64,000 bases of DNA, taken from contig LWCA01000013.1 in the NCBI GenBank assembly GCA_001642005.1, positions 1 to 64,000 of the forward strand, in the 5' to 3' direction. The notes under the pieces were generated by a model. It was not told the DNA's origin. It saw nothing but the letters and a program-made list of their open reading frames with translations, and did no database searches. Positions 36,865-50,900 of this stretch are shown piece by piece (position 1 is the stretch's first letter; every line of letters begins with the position of its first letter). The DNA is from Intoshia linei (lineage: Eukaryota > Animalia > Orthonectida). The position numbers were made by a program, and so were the translations under genes.

Positions 36865-37452
36865 GTATTCTTATTATAGTTTTTCCAACCAATAAAGGAA
36901 TAAGAAAAAATGATACTTTCTGAATCGGGTATAATTCTTAAAAATTGATGAAAACTACTAAACACATATGCACCATAGAGGATGGAATGCTCCTCTATTT
37001 AATAAATATGATATTATAATGAAAAATGATCATTGCTCAATGATATCATATCAAACAAATTACAAAGTGTTATTTATTTAAAAATGATTCAATTTCTCAA
37101 ACAAATAAGTTATTCAAAGTCATGTCAATTCCCTCTAGACAAGCAAATATCAAAGTACAAATGTATTCGATAGAATAAGTATATAAACGGGACAAAATTC
37201 TTGTACACGATAGTACCGAGTCGGTACTACCGACTCAATATAATTATTGACTTGAGTAATTTCTATTATCAGGAACTATTTTTGTTTAAAAATTTTTGAA
37301 ACTTTGAACTATATCATACATGAAAACCTATGGCCCTTGGCCCATTTCAACAGATATAAATATTACAAGTAAAATGTATATTTTTGGAAATTTCATAAAT
37401 GATAAATATTTTAAACATTTATTCATTGAACATTATTTGTATGTCGTACAGT

Positions 37453-38366
37453 CAAGGCCGTGGGTAGTCAACACTAGGCCAGGTGAGATGAAAATTGTAG
37501 GCCCTATAAAAAATTTAAAAATTGTACCTCTATAACTTGGTATTGTAATTTTTGGTGTAATACATTGGTTATTTTAATCGATCGTTCATTATCTAAAAAC
37601 TAGCTTGGCTGTTTTGTACTACGTACATAGCTCTGCTGAGGGCACTCTTTTATTATACCAAAAAAATAAATTCACGTTGAAAATCTAACTTAAATCCACC
37701 ATTAACTATTATCAATCCTTTAAAGGAGTGGTTCCCAAATTTGTTTCAGGTGGAAATGTCATATCACATTACTTTTTACTATAAAGTGAATTATTCCTTT
37801 TTAATTTTTTACCTTCTTCTGTACCACCTGTAAATTTTTTGAAATTCTAGGGCTGTTTTCAAAAAAAAAAGGAATTTGTGGTTTTGGCTATGAAGGTATA
37901 ATTTTTTTAAAGTTAAATTTATGATAATGTTTATATTTTTAAATCCGCATTAGCGTATATATTTTTTTAAATTCTCCAATCGTTTAATTTTTAAAAAGAG
38001 GGTCAATAGAGGTTTTTGACCCTTAAGATGTGAAATTGAGAGGTTGAAATTTATCTTATTATACGCCCCGGAAAAAACTGTAATTGAAATGTGGTCTTTA
38101 AAAAATTCTAAGAGTGCTAGTTATTTCAAAAAAGTAACACACACAGACAGACAGACAAACAAAAATCGCGTCGCATTTTATATAAGTTAAGATTAAAATA
38201 ACCGTTAGAAATTGCATTGGTTATCGAAATTTTGATATACACATGTATTACTAATTAATACTTAAGACATTTTCCAACATTACCTATTAATAAATTTAAA
38301 AAGAAAAGTAGTAAGTCATGATTGTATCTGTATGTAGCATGACCCTAGCCTTTCTTCACGGCCCTG
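37453..38366. mobile_element. hAT MITE carrying a nested Helitron
   Basis: TIRs CAAGGCCGTG / CACGGCCCTG; 8-bp flanks cgtacagt/catagagt (6/8 identical). Confidence 0.6.
37600..38192 (-). mobile_element. Complete short non-autonomous Helitron (593 bp)
   Basis: Minus strand A|TCTTAACTTATATAAAA...(GTCT)n(GT)n...hairpin TGTACGTAGTACA...CAAGCTAG|T: canonical TC...CTAG ends, AT target, subterminal hairpin. Confidence 0.8.
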
Positions 38367-38585
38367 CATAGAGTTTACGTTTAAGTTTAGCTAATGTTGA
38401 AACTTTACATAATTTTTACTTATTAGAGAAATTGGAGACATACAAAAAGGACAAAAACGATAACTATATAAATTCCTATTGAAATTCAATTCCCAATTTT
38501 TATTGTCTTGAAAAACGTTGGGAATGGTGGAAATTTCAAAAAATAATTACTTTTAATAAAAAAATATAAAATTAACTTGTAAATA

Positions 38586-39115
38586 CAGCCCAAGTCTTTA
38601 ATTTTTATTATTGGAATTTTTATTAGCGGAAAAATGCAATTTTAACGGAATCTTGAATTATTTATTTTTTCTTGACGAATTTGTATGAACCAAATATTCC
38701 GTTAATAAAAATTTTATCTCCAAAGATCTAGAATCTATTTTTAATCACTATCGTACATATAAACTTATTTTTTACTAATTAAGAGATAATTTATAACGTT
38801 TTTATCAAATTCAAAGAATAATCATTTTTAACTGAATTTATTTCTGTAAATAATTTAAAAATTTTAAATAAACCAAAAAAACTGATCTGGATCCAGGAGT
38901 CCATATGAACCCGTTGTTAATGTTTTGTGTATATTACATCATCAATGATGATTCGTCATGTATTATTCAAAAACTCATAATAACAAAAAATATCACCATT
39001 TAATGGTTTTTATTTAAAAAAATTAAATTCCGTTAAAAAGTGTGTTACCATGGGGAAAAAGTCCATATTAACGGATTTAAGGAATTTTCAATTTTGTTAA
39101 TAAAGACTTAGACTG
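38586..39115. mobile_element. Tc1/mariner/pogo-type MITE with TA TSD
   Basis: TA|CAGCCCAAGTCTTTA ... TAAAGACTTAGACTG|TA; a related end occurs at ~46909. Confidence 0.7.
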
Positions 39116-42100
39116 TAATAATTAAAAAGTTAAGTCAAACGCGAAACTAACCACATGTATTCGCATCCTTACAAAATTTCGATCGACACAGTAACTCCCC
39201 GACAATTGTTCTGATACAAAACAATATATAGTAAACAATGCTATCTTCTTTCAGCTCGAAATCTCGAGTACTCTTAAAATTTCTAAAGTACTCTTACAAT
39301 ATTATTGTCCAGTTTTATCGGCTGAAATTTTGATCAAATGAAATATATCACAATATGTATTACACATATTGTGTACAAAATATTAATATACAATGTATGT
39401 CAAATTTGATGAAAATTTTGCAATACTTTTCTATTCTATTCTCATTTCAAATTAAAATTTTTAGTTTTTTATTTTTTTTAGAGTTAAATTTACCCTGCTA
39501 AAGTAAAAAATGTTCGCCCACCAGCTGCAAATTATTTATGTTATCAGCGATTAATTTGGAATATTAGGGCCCTCACAGGGTAGGCACTTATGAATGTTCT
39601 AATATGGATTTAGAATGGATTATTAAATTATAATTCCTTATTAACTGCACAGCCAGGTTACTTGTTACTGATTAAAGTTGATAAATTCACTGAATAAATG
39701 GTTTATTCTGGTCATGGTTTAATTTAATCATTTAAATTACAAAATGAATATTTAAATTTTAAAATGGATAAAACTGTAAAACAATAACTAATAAGCAAAT
39801 ATGAATTGTGATTCACAATAAATCCATAAAATCATCATCAAACAAGATAAAAGTGCATTGTTGTTATTGAAATCATTATCGATTATCAAATTTAGCTAAT
39901 TGAACCTGCTGAGCAACACATTGTACAGATTCAAACAAGCCTTTCACAACGAGAATGCGAAATTATAGCCTGGTGTGAAAAAGTGGGCGGTACAAACTAT
40001 AATCTCAATTTTATGTGACACAATACAACATACTCTACTACACGACTGTAAATTTATCGAGCATTAAATATTTGCCAAAATTTAATTCTCGTCAGCATTG
40101 TACAAAGCAATGTACACCAGCTTTACATAATTTAATTGTTCACTAATCGTGTTACACACTGTAAATTATTACTATCAATATCCAACCATTTAAATCATTA
40201 TGCTATTCCTAAAAGATGATGCATGTCAAAAAAGTCCGGAAATTATTTCTACATTACAATCAAGAATGTACACTTCAAAATTGACATTTTATTCAATTTT
40301 TCAATATTTATACTTATTATATATTATTGTGATTCATTTTCATACATTATTATGTACATTTTAAACAAGTACACACAAGTATTTCAAATATATTTTTTAC
40401 ATCAACCTAATTTACTTTATTACAGGTAATTTTTTCTGTTTTAATTATAAATATTTACATTTTTGTATTCATCTATTTGATGAAAAATTGATACTTACAC
40501 TAAATTGACCTCAACTAACCCAAGTTAACCTATATTAGCCTAAACAATTTAATTCAAGTTGTATTTTACTTATCTAAAGTGTATATAAAAAGGCATTTTG
40601 GGTGTTGGGTATTAGAGTGATAGGAGTAGACTACGCCGCGTAGTTCCATCTATAATTGTTTGTTAGAAACACGATCCAAACACGAATTTTTGATCGTGCC
40701 GAATCGTGTTTTCGGTCGCATTATAGAATACTGTTGAGTGTTTTATGACTATGCATTGTTGTAGGTTTTATTTATTATACATAACTGGTTAGGATCGAAT
40801 ACGCAATATTTACCATTTTTAGTCATTGGAAGGTTTTTTATGGCCTTTTGAAATTTTTATGTATTAATGATTAAATCAAGGAAGAAACTACATTATTATA
40901 ATTAAAGGTTCATCCATGATATATACGAAAAATTGCCCATATTTTTTAGTTTGGGGTCTCGATCATGATTAATGATTTCTAATGTTGAAGGTATGGGTTT
41001 AAAATTTTTATTAAAAGGAACGCATCTAGCTAGGTTAAGCTTATTCTATTCGTCTATAAACATCTGATAAAAAATAATCTAGTGTCTGAAAAGCAAATTA
41101 TTACATTAGTGCAGAGTTGACCATTAGAAGTCGTTAAATTTTTACAAAATAGTGGCCTCTTTTTACAAACTGAACATTAAAAAAAAATGTATTTGTCAAT
41201 ATCATAACTGTTCTGTATGTCAAATTTAAACGGTAAGTCTAGTCTAGAGTCTAGATCCGAAAAAAGCTGATTAAGGTCATGTAATAGGGGTTCCCACACT
41301 TTTTTTACGTCTGACCCATTATAAATTATAAAATTTGGATAAAAACGTAATAAATTCTATTCAGTGATAATATTAAAATTAAATAATTTTTCAAAAATTT
41401 TTTCACAGATCACCATTTGGGAAACAGATATAACATTATTATCACATTTAGAGCGAAATTTATTTAGGGTCTCTTTTTGATTTCTGGCCTTGACGTGGTA
41501 GGTTGAAGTCTGAGTCAATGATTTTCATTTTATCAGGTAATTGCTTAATTTTTAAAATGTAATTTAATTTACCTAAATAATAACCATGGATGCATTGGAG
41601 GTAATTAAGTAAATACGAAGGCGTAAAACTAAGTCTTACACTACGATTAAATCTTAAGTTTGCATTCTTATAGTGCATTCTTTTAATAGCTTTAAATAAT
41701 AAAAATAACGTTAAAATTTCCACAATAATTAACACGTCAATTATAAAAAATGTCAAAAATAAAATATAAATTCAGAAATTGGGACAAATAGAAATGTAGA
41801 TGAGACTTTCAAAAATATTCCTGTCGTTATCGTGTATTGGTCTCTTATATACTTTGTACATGTCACTCATTCGACCCATTTGTAGATATAATTTTCCTCA
41901 CTTTTCTATTACATAAGAAAATGTATCTTTATAATTTCTACAATTTTGGATCAATTCGTATCTTTTTTATTAGATTTGGTGATACTTAGAACCATTAAAC
42001 TAAATATCTTTTAATTATAGTAAGACTTGTGCTAGGACTGGTTTTTTATCACAAATTTTTATAATTTAATATTTAAGACTCAAGTTAAGTTTAAATTTTT

Positions 42101-44183
42101 AAATTAAATTGGTAACCTATATAGAGGTCATTTTAGTAAATGTATTTATTGTAAGATATATTTATTATCTAATTAAAGAATGTTTATTGAAGTTGACTCA
42201 ATTCTACTCAGTTATCATTATGACGTCATTTATACATAAAAATGTAAAATACAGCAATGTATAATTTATTTTAGTGAAATTTTTTCTCGTTATTCGTGCA
42301 AATTAATTTTATTAGTAAAAAGATAAAATTTGTAAAATTTGTAATTTACTACACGGTTTTAAAAACTGTCAAAAAATTAGTGAAAATTGATTACATTTTT
42401 GTACTTTTTTGTTTACACAGGGCATGTAAAAATGACTATAAAATTTAAATTTCAAAGTTTTAATTTGACTACATTTACAATTGATTTAATTTAAAAAATT
42501 ATATACATGCCGTTTAGATTAATTTAAAGTGAAATGAATTTAATCCATCAAATTTGTTTAATATTGAATCTCACACCGTTAATATTTGGATATGTGTTTG
42601 GTAATTTTGATTTCAATTTAGTTTTCAATTTAATTTAATTTAACTGTACATTTATTTTAAATTAAATTTATTCTTGTAATTTTTTCAGGGTTTCAAGGGT
42701 ATTAATTATAAAATATTTACCAATCATTGGAGCAATCATAATAAAAATTGTATACTAATAGTATAATAGATTGTATAGTACCCCATGGCTAAAATTATAA
42801 TTAGTAATTAGGGCTAAAAAGTCAAAAAGTTAATTACCCATTAGAATAAATTAAATTCATTTTAAAATGTGGAGTATATGGAAATTTACACATGATTGAA
42901 TTAATCGGATAATAAAAGATGGATAAAAATAACATTGAAAAATTGTTTTTTATAGACTATTGTTTCATGGCAAAGATGAATTACCCTATTAATTGTCTGT
43001 GACACAATGGGTGTCATTTTTGTTACACATGCATTCAAAATTTCTATCGATTGACTTTAACCTTTTGACATGTTACTAAAATTTAGCCAATTTAACTTGA
43101 CGAAATGTATAATATTTTGACTGTATATTTATACTGAAATGAAAATGATTAAAAATTGTTAATATTCCATAATAAATGATAGAAATCAAGTACAGTATTG
43201 AATCAACTATAAAATCATGTTATTGTAATTTTATAAATTTTTAAGTTTATTCATCAAACGAAAAATATGACTAGCCATTTCATGATAATGGATGGATTAT
43301 GTTGGATTAGCTTTAATTCCATTCTTAAATAATTAATCTATAGTACGTTGAATGGGAGAGTATAAATGTACGTATTATTTATTCTAACTAAATTTTTATT
43401 CATTCATACACGTATTCTTAAAATAATTAATTCACAGATTAATAATATTTACTTGTGTTTGGTGTAAACTTTAATAAAATTAAAATAAATTAATCGCGTT
43501 TAATGTGTGAAAAATAACACTAAATATAAAAACCAAATTAATTTTGGCGTTAATTTAATGGTATTCTATTGTTATAGTGTCAAATTTTATTTTCGTGATA
43601 CATTTTTTTGTGTTTATGCAATTTTATTCTTAATTTGACAATTTGTATTCAATTATTGTAATAAAACTACCATTAAATATATATATTTTATTTTTATTAA
43701 TTGTAATTTTCACCTTATTCTTAATTCAATGAATAGTATTCATTAATTCACTATATTTACTAACAACTATGTTGATTATTGAAAAATGAATGCATTTATT
43801 GTTGGTACCAATTAGTCGTCTTTGTATTCATTTTTCCAAAATTTATTAATTTTATTTTTAATATTTTTAATTAGTCCATTTTACTCCATTCTATTAAATT
43901 TCCATTATTATTGAATTATTATGTTATTGTATATTTTACATTACACAATATAATTTTAATTGTTTATTTAACTGACATTATGGACAATAAAAATTTACTC
44001 AATCGTATCTTTCTATATCACGTATATTTGAACCTTATAAATTCTATAAATTGTAAGTTATATAAATTTATTTATTGATATTTTTTCAACGATTTCTATT
44101 TAAGTTAAATTTTAGCGGTGCCTAAAAAAAATAAATATAGAATATTTTGATTACTTAAGTATACTAACTTATATAATATGCTA

Positions 44184-44900
44184 CGCAATTTTTGTTTGTG
44201 TTCCACTTTATTAAAATAACTACAACTCTTAGAATTTTTTAAAGACAACATTTCCAATACAGTTTTTTCCGGGACGTATAATAAGATAAATTTCGACCTC
44301 CCAATTTCACATCTTACCGGTCAAAAACCCCAGTTGTCCCTCTTTCTGAAAATCAAACGAGTAGGAGAATTTAAAAAAATATATATGCTGATACGGATTT
44401 TAAAATCATATACATTATCATAAATTTAAATTTAAAAAAATTATATTTTCAGGGCCAAAACCACAAATTACCCTTCTTTTTTTAATGAAAACAGCCCTAG
44501 AATTTCAAAAATTTACAAGTGGTACAGTTGTATCCTGTTAACACACACAAAAAATTTCAATCCGAATAAGTGACGACTTCACGGTCAAAAAAGCATTTTA
44601 GTATTCATATATTTTTTTTTCGAAATATTTTATTAAAACAAAAAATGTGAAATAATTAACGAAAATCGAAAATTAAAAAAAAAAGATTATTCTGATACAG
44701 CTTATTCCAGTTAATATAAATTCAAAATTTGAACCCCAGAAATTTACGCATTCCCGGTGAAAAATAACCTTTAATTTATTATCAATCAATATTTTTCAAA
44801 TGTTTCGATTAAACAATCAAAAATTAAAATATTCATCCTACAATTCCAAAAAAAGCGTGAATTGACCGTATACATATTTGAAATCCAGAAATATTGGTTT
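44184..44900 (+). mobile_element. Helitron-family copy, plus orientation (5' part and body)
   Basis: Begins CTAACTTATATAATATGCTACGCAATTTTTGTTTG; reverse complement of 37820-38190 and 34450-34800. Confidence 0.7.
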
Positions 44901-47900
44901 CAATCTGATAAATTGATTAATTGTGTTTTTTTATCATTGCTACAAAATTGATCATTTTCAAAAACTAAAGTTTTGAAAGTTTTTAATCAACTTCAATATA
45001 ACTTTGTTATTATAATTTGATATTTATAATAAATTTTATTGCAATATTAGCAACATTGCTTCATCCATTCATTATGTATTATAGAAAAAAAATGATTTTT
45101 CAATTCTCCTGATTGTCTCATATTTACATCTTTTCTATTTAACAAGCTAAACTTATTCATATTGCTCGCAAATACTAATTTTTTTTTATTTTAACAAATT
45201 ATATTTGAATAAAGGGAATATAGAGCAAGACATTTACATTTTTTTTTGATTTTTAAAAAAATCTATGGCGAATGCAATTTTGGATGAAAATCACCAAAAC
45301 TAAACAAAAGTTTTTTTAATCGAATAATGGATACTTTACTGGTTTTATTTTTGATTAATATATTTTGACTGGATTTTTATCTGAAATTTTAAATTACTTA
45401 AAAATCAATACAATACGATGCCGACATATTCTCTCAAATAATTTAAAATTTTGAATAATACACCAATATTAATTACTGACATTTTGGTATCAAAATAATA
45501 CCTCCTAAGTCTTTGAGTTTTTTTATAATACGTTTAATACATGTCACCGACTTCATAATGTTATGATTAAAAATTTAAAGCAGTGCTGCATGGTATTCAT
45601 TTCGTTGTTTTAAATTAAGAATTGAATCATCAATTACATTATAATGTAATTATTATATTGTAATGTATTAATATTATAAAAAACCATAATGTCCTGTAGA
45701 GCCTACCATACTCGAGACCCGAAAATCAAAAATAGACCCATTAATTTTCGATATATTTAATGCTATATAGACCATAGTTACCTAGCCCTGACTTGCGGTT
45801 ATTATTTTGAAAAATATAAATTTTATAAATACTACACTCGTAAATATTATGGCAACAATTTACAAAACCGCTTAGGGAGGAGAGTTCAATTGAAGTGTTC
45901 TTTTATGTTATTTTATTTCTTACATTATGTTTTTTTAACCTTTAATTCCAGAAACTAAACGAGAATATGATAATTTTTTTATGCGACAATTATGTGTCAA
46001 ATTTTTATTTTACGTTTAATTATTTTGAATACTTTATGTTTTTAATCATGTTTATATCATATTTCATAAAAACAATAAATTGTCCAGAATGACAATTGTA
46101 TTAAAATGCTTAAATCTACGATAAAATCCTATTGATATGAATCGTTGCGTGCAGCTTCTATAGTGAGGAATATACAATATTATTCAATTAGTGTCAAATT
46201 AAGTGTCAAAATTAAATTGAGATATTTCAACTGATTAAATGTGATTAAAATACAGATTAATGAAATATAGTGGTCATGTCATCAAATGATGTGCTTAAGC
46301 TAAACGCTGAGATGAATAACGTGTGCATGCACTTGTTAGTTTAATTTATTTTATTTTTTCAATCGTTACATTTTCTATTTATGGCTGTGTTACAATACAA
46401 ATTAAAATGAATGAATTATGTGTAATTAATTCCAAAATTTTGTATTGTTTGTTATGGATCAAAAGATATTTTTGGTGTATTTTCTTTTACCAAAGATTTA
46501 AAGTGTTTAATGTGTTTTTGAACCAAACTTTGAATACCTGTTTGAGGGTCCTTTTAATCATTATCGATCTATGTCATAGATTCTATCATGATAATGCTAT
46601 ATGCCATGTCTCCAAAAATTTTTCTTATCTGACCCTTGATCTATTATTCATATTAGATAAGATGATTATACTATAGTATGGCTATATACTAATATAATTA
46701 AAAAAATTTAATTTTCAATAAGTTGAAACATAATTAATTTATGAAAAAACTGAAATAAATAAGACTTCAGTCAGTTTTATCCTCCTTTGGGAATCAATTA
46801 ACTATTTTGTATCAGTTGAACTCTGTATTTTTAACATATGCTGATGTTTATATTTACATTCTTTTTTATCGCTATAACTTATGGTTAAGCGTGATCGATT
46901 TGCTGATACAGTCTAAGTCCTGATCGATAAAAGTGTCATTTTACTTTTAGTAAAACCGGATTTTTCCTATAAGGGTTGGGTAAATTTTGATTTTTAGTAA
47001 AATTGTTAGGATTTAAGAATATTGTTAATATAAAAATAGCAAATTATAACTTAAAATCTAAAAAAACTTAATTTTTTTTGTTTCTTCAATTATGAATCAT
47101 GATTAAAATTTGATGCTGATTAACATAACAAATCTGTTGTAACGTTTATGTTTGCGATTAAGTTACTTAACGGTTGAAAATTAGTGATTTTATAATAAAA
47201 AAAGTGTAAACCACCTTTCTAGAGTGTATTATTGAACAGTGTTCAATGAATGTTCATGATGTTTTTAATGCTATACTTGTCTCATTGTTATAATTAAATT
47301 TACAATATGTTAATAAATTATCTATTCATCAATAATTCACTTCCACATGTTCTTTTTATATATTCTGTCATGGGTAAGTGGTGTGAAATGATTAAAAGTT
47401 TGCTAAACAAAGTGAATGAATTGTAAAATCTTAAAATAATGCAAGAATTCGCATTATATTTTATTATATGCTTTAAATCTTTTTCATCAATACAAAGAAA
47501 TCTCATACTGAGTTTACCCTTTCCCTTTAGATTGAATGGCACATATTTTAATTTTAATTATATGAAACTATGACACCTTTTGTAGAACAATATGTTATTT
47601 GTTATTCTAATTCTAAGAAAAATATTGCATCGAATGAAATAAAAAGTGAATGGATAGTTTTTCATTTTTTTTGAAGATTTTATGTAATGAAATTTATTTA
47701 CAATTATTAATAAAGGTTTTTGAAATTATTTTTAAAAATGGACACTAAACATTTAATTAACTATCTAATAACCGTCATTAACCTAACAATACCTCAGAGA
47801 CGATAAAAATAACGGATGTAAAAAATTTTAGTCTATCCTAGGTTTATGTTTAAATTAATGCAATCTAAATTAATGTTTATAAAAGTATAATAATTAAATA

Positions 47901-47907
47901 CTTTTAG

Positions 47908-50900
47908 ATGAAATCCTCTACGATTCATCAAAAGTGCAACCTTCTCTAAATTGGGCTACCTATAACGACCCCTTAAAACAAGATATATCAAACCTTACAA
48001 AAGAAATAAACCAAAACTCAGATTTAAAATTCCACCAAAAAAAAAGAATCTCGTCATTAAACATGGTAATTGTATTTACGTAAAATATACAACTATACAA
48101 ATAATGTGACACTTTAAAAAGATGTATATAAATTGGAAATGTATAAAGTATACTGTCAATTTTGATCCGTTAAATGGTTCAATATACACATTGCACATAT
48201 TATAAATATTGAAACTTTACCGATAAATTTTAAAGTGGGTATTTATATACATGAATGACTTATTTTGGAAAATTGACTTTTTAAAATTTTCTTAAACTGC
48301 ATCTGTAATGCAATATATCATTTTTTGACAAGTTTTTTATAATTACCGATTTTTGGACGGGTTAGTTAATTGTTTGATGGAGCGTAAATTAAGGAGAATG
48401 CATTGCATAAAAATCAAAAGTAGATAATGCAACTGTGTCATGAAATGGATAGTCTAATAAATGCATTTGCATACATTTTTTAGTTTAATCCAGAGTTGAA
48501 TAATCTTTTTATATTTTAATTATATAATTGTAGATATTCAATTGAGAATACTATAATTTAATGTCTGATGATCATGTCGATGCAAGCATAATTTTGGGCG
48601 TTTCTTTTTATGATTTTTTTAATTATAGTTATTGATTTTGCAATTTAAATAATTTATTGTTTTAATTTGCATTCTGTGCAAATTGACAGAATATGTAAAT
48701 TATGCAATTGGATAAATGTGACAGTTTTATCTAGATATCCGGCATCTGTTTAATTAAGATAATGTTGATATAGTCTTATTTTTAAATTAATTTTGTAAAA
48801 TATAGGAAAATGTAAACTATTTTATATTGTACAAATTAAATTATAATAAAAAAATTTAGTGGAAAGAAACTAGTGAAACAGTTGGAGATTTAACTGTACG
48901 AGCATATGTAATTTGTAACATGAACGGCGAGTCTTTCAATTGGCTCAGGGTACCTTTTGTTAATGTAGATCGTAGTCAATATGTTTACATAAATATGACA
49001 TTCTCAATGAGAAAATGTGTCAATAATTCAAATTGTAAAGAATCTTTTTCTATGTATTACCAAATAAATCAAAAAGACTTGCAATTCAACCAACCCAATC
49101 ATCCTTTTGAAAATTTTAAATTATTACACCTTATATCTCCAAAACTACACATAAAGTCTGACAACCCTACAAACAAACTATTGAATTTTAAAATTTTTAT
49201 AAAAAAGACTGGATTTCTTAGTTTAGCCTTCTTGGATAAAGGGGCCTGTGTGGCTATAAGGAAATTGGTTATTTTCAGAAAAGTTTGTCCAAAAACTTTT
49301 TTAAATTATGCAATGTTCCCGGAAACTTCTGTAGCTAATCAAACTCAGCATGTTTATGGACAGTGTGTCAATAATTCTATTTGGGGATTGAAAAATTATC
49401 AGTTTGATAAATTTAAATCTTTTAAACTCAAGAAAAATAAAAAAACCATTCATCACAATTACTTAAAGTTACTGCCTAAAGCCATTTGTACTAATCATGG
49501 ATGGATTCAAGTTAATAATAATTGTCAATGTTTGCCTGGATTTGAACCGAAAAATAATATTTGTTCAGGTAATTTAATTTTATAGTGTTGTAAACATTTT
49601 AAGAGTTTATGACATTCTTTCAAAAGTTGGCTCTTAATCCAGCGAACATTTAGTTGAGCGATACATCTTAGAGCGACATAATCATCGATTTTGTTAATTA
49701 ATCATAATATTTATTTTTTTACAATATTTTTGTGGTTTCTTCAAGGTTTCTTTAATGATAATGACCAAAAATGTGTAAGGTTTTTAAGCGAATATTTTTT
49801 TCTACCATTTTTGAAAAATTTTGAAGATAAATTCCCTTAAAAACCATATATAATTTTGGTCCCAAAATAAGATAATAAAAATAAAGAAGGTAGCGTAAAT
49901 TTAAATAACTAAAATTTCATGACAAAAATCAATATGATAAATAAGTAAAATTGATGATTATGTCGCTTTAAGATGGGTCATTGTTCGTTTTTTGTATCGC
50001 TCCAACAATACATCGCGCAAACAAATATCTCTCCAAACTATGGACGTTCTTAACCTAGGGCCCTGAAATTCTGGCGAAATTGTCGGCTTTAATGGTCAGT
50101 GATAAATTTTATAATTTATTACCGGTCCGCCGTTTTCACTACCGAAAAAAGTGTGGGAACCCCTGACAGGGCTCCTCTGTACTGTTGTACTATGAGGATA
50201 TTATTTACAAACTATAAATGGTAAATAAGTCTCAATTTTCATCATATAAAAATTTCATATTATAAAGATATTTTTACCTAACTTTAAAATGGGAATTTTT
50301 TACCAAACCTTAAAGTAGGAGTCGGCAACCTTTTGCATTTCGTGGGCCACTTTTTTATATCAAAAAATTCCACGGGCCCCGTTTTTGAAAATTTACCTAT
50401 AATAAATTTCAATTTTAATTAAAGAGAAACGGTTCTAGTGTATTCAACAAAATAAATCCAGGGCGATTTGAAAATTCAGTATTAAAATGATTATAATGAG
50501 CCTATTTTAGTAGAAAATGTTTAAAACGGTGTTTAAAAGTTGAAAAATTAATAATTTATATAGTCACTCGAAGGACCACCAAAATTATTATGTGGGTCAC
50601 TGGTGCCGACCCCTGCCTTAAAGGGTGATTTTAAGATTTTTATAATTTGAAATATTTTCGTTTCCACTAGTTCATTCTAAAAAAATCTGCTCATAATAAG
50701 TAATTTTTATATTATGAAAATTGTTTAATTTAAGAATTTGATTCATCTTCCCAAAATTTAATGTAATCGTATAATTTTCTATGTAAATGCATTTTTTTAA
50801 ATTTATTAATAAATTTAGAATGCGGACGAAATTATTACAAATCTATAAAAAACCAAACAGTTTGCAAAAAATGTCCAAAAAATTCAACTAGTAGACTAGG

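Noticed and set aside
46323-46676. 117-aa hydrophobic ORF as a gene or as the Eph signal-peptide exon
   Set aside because: Starts with GTG, has typical AT-rich F/I/L/K noise composition, and offers no in-frame ATG with a convincing phase-1 donor.
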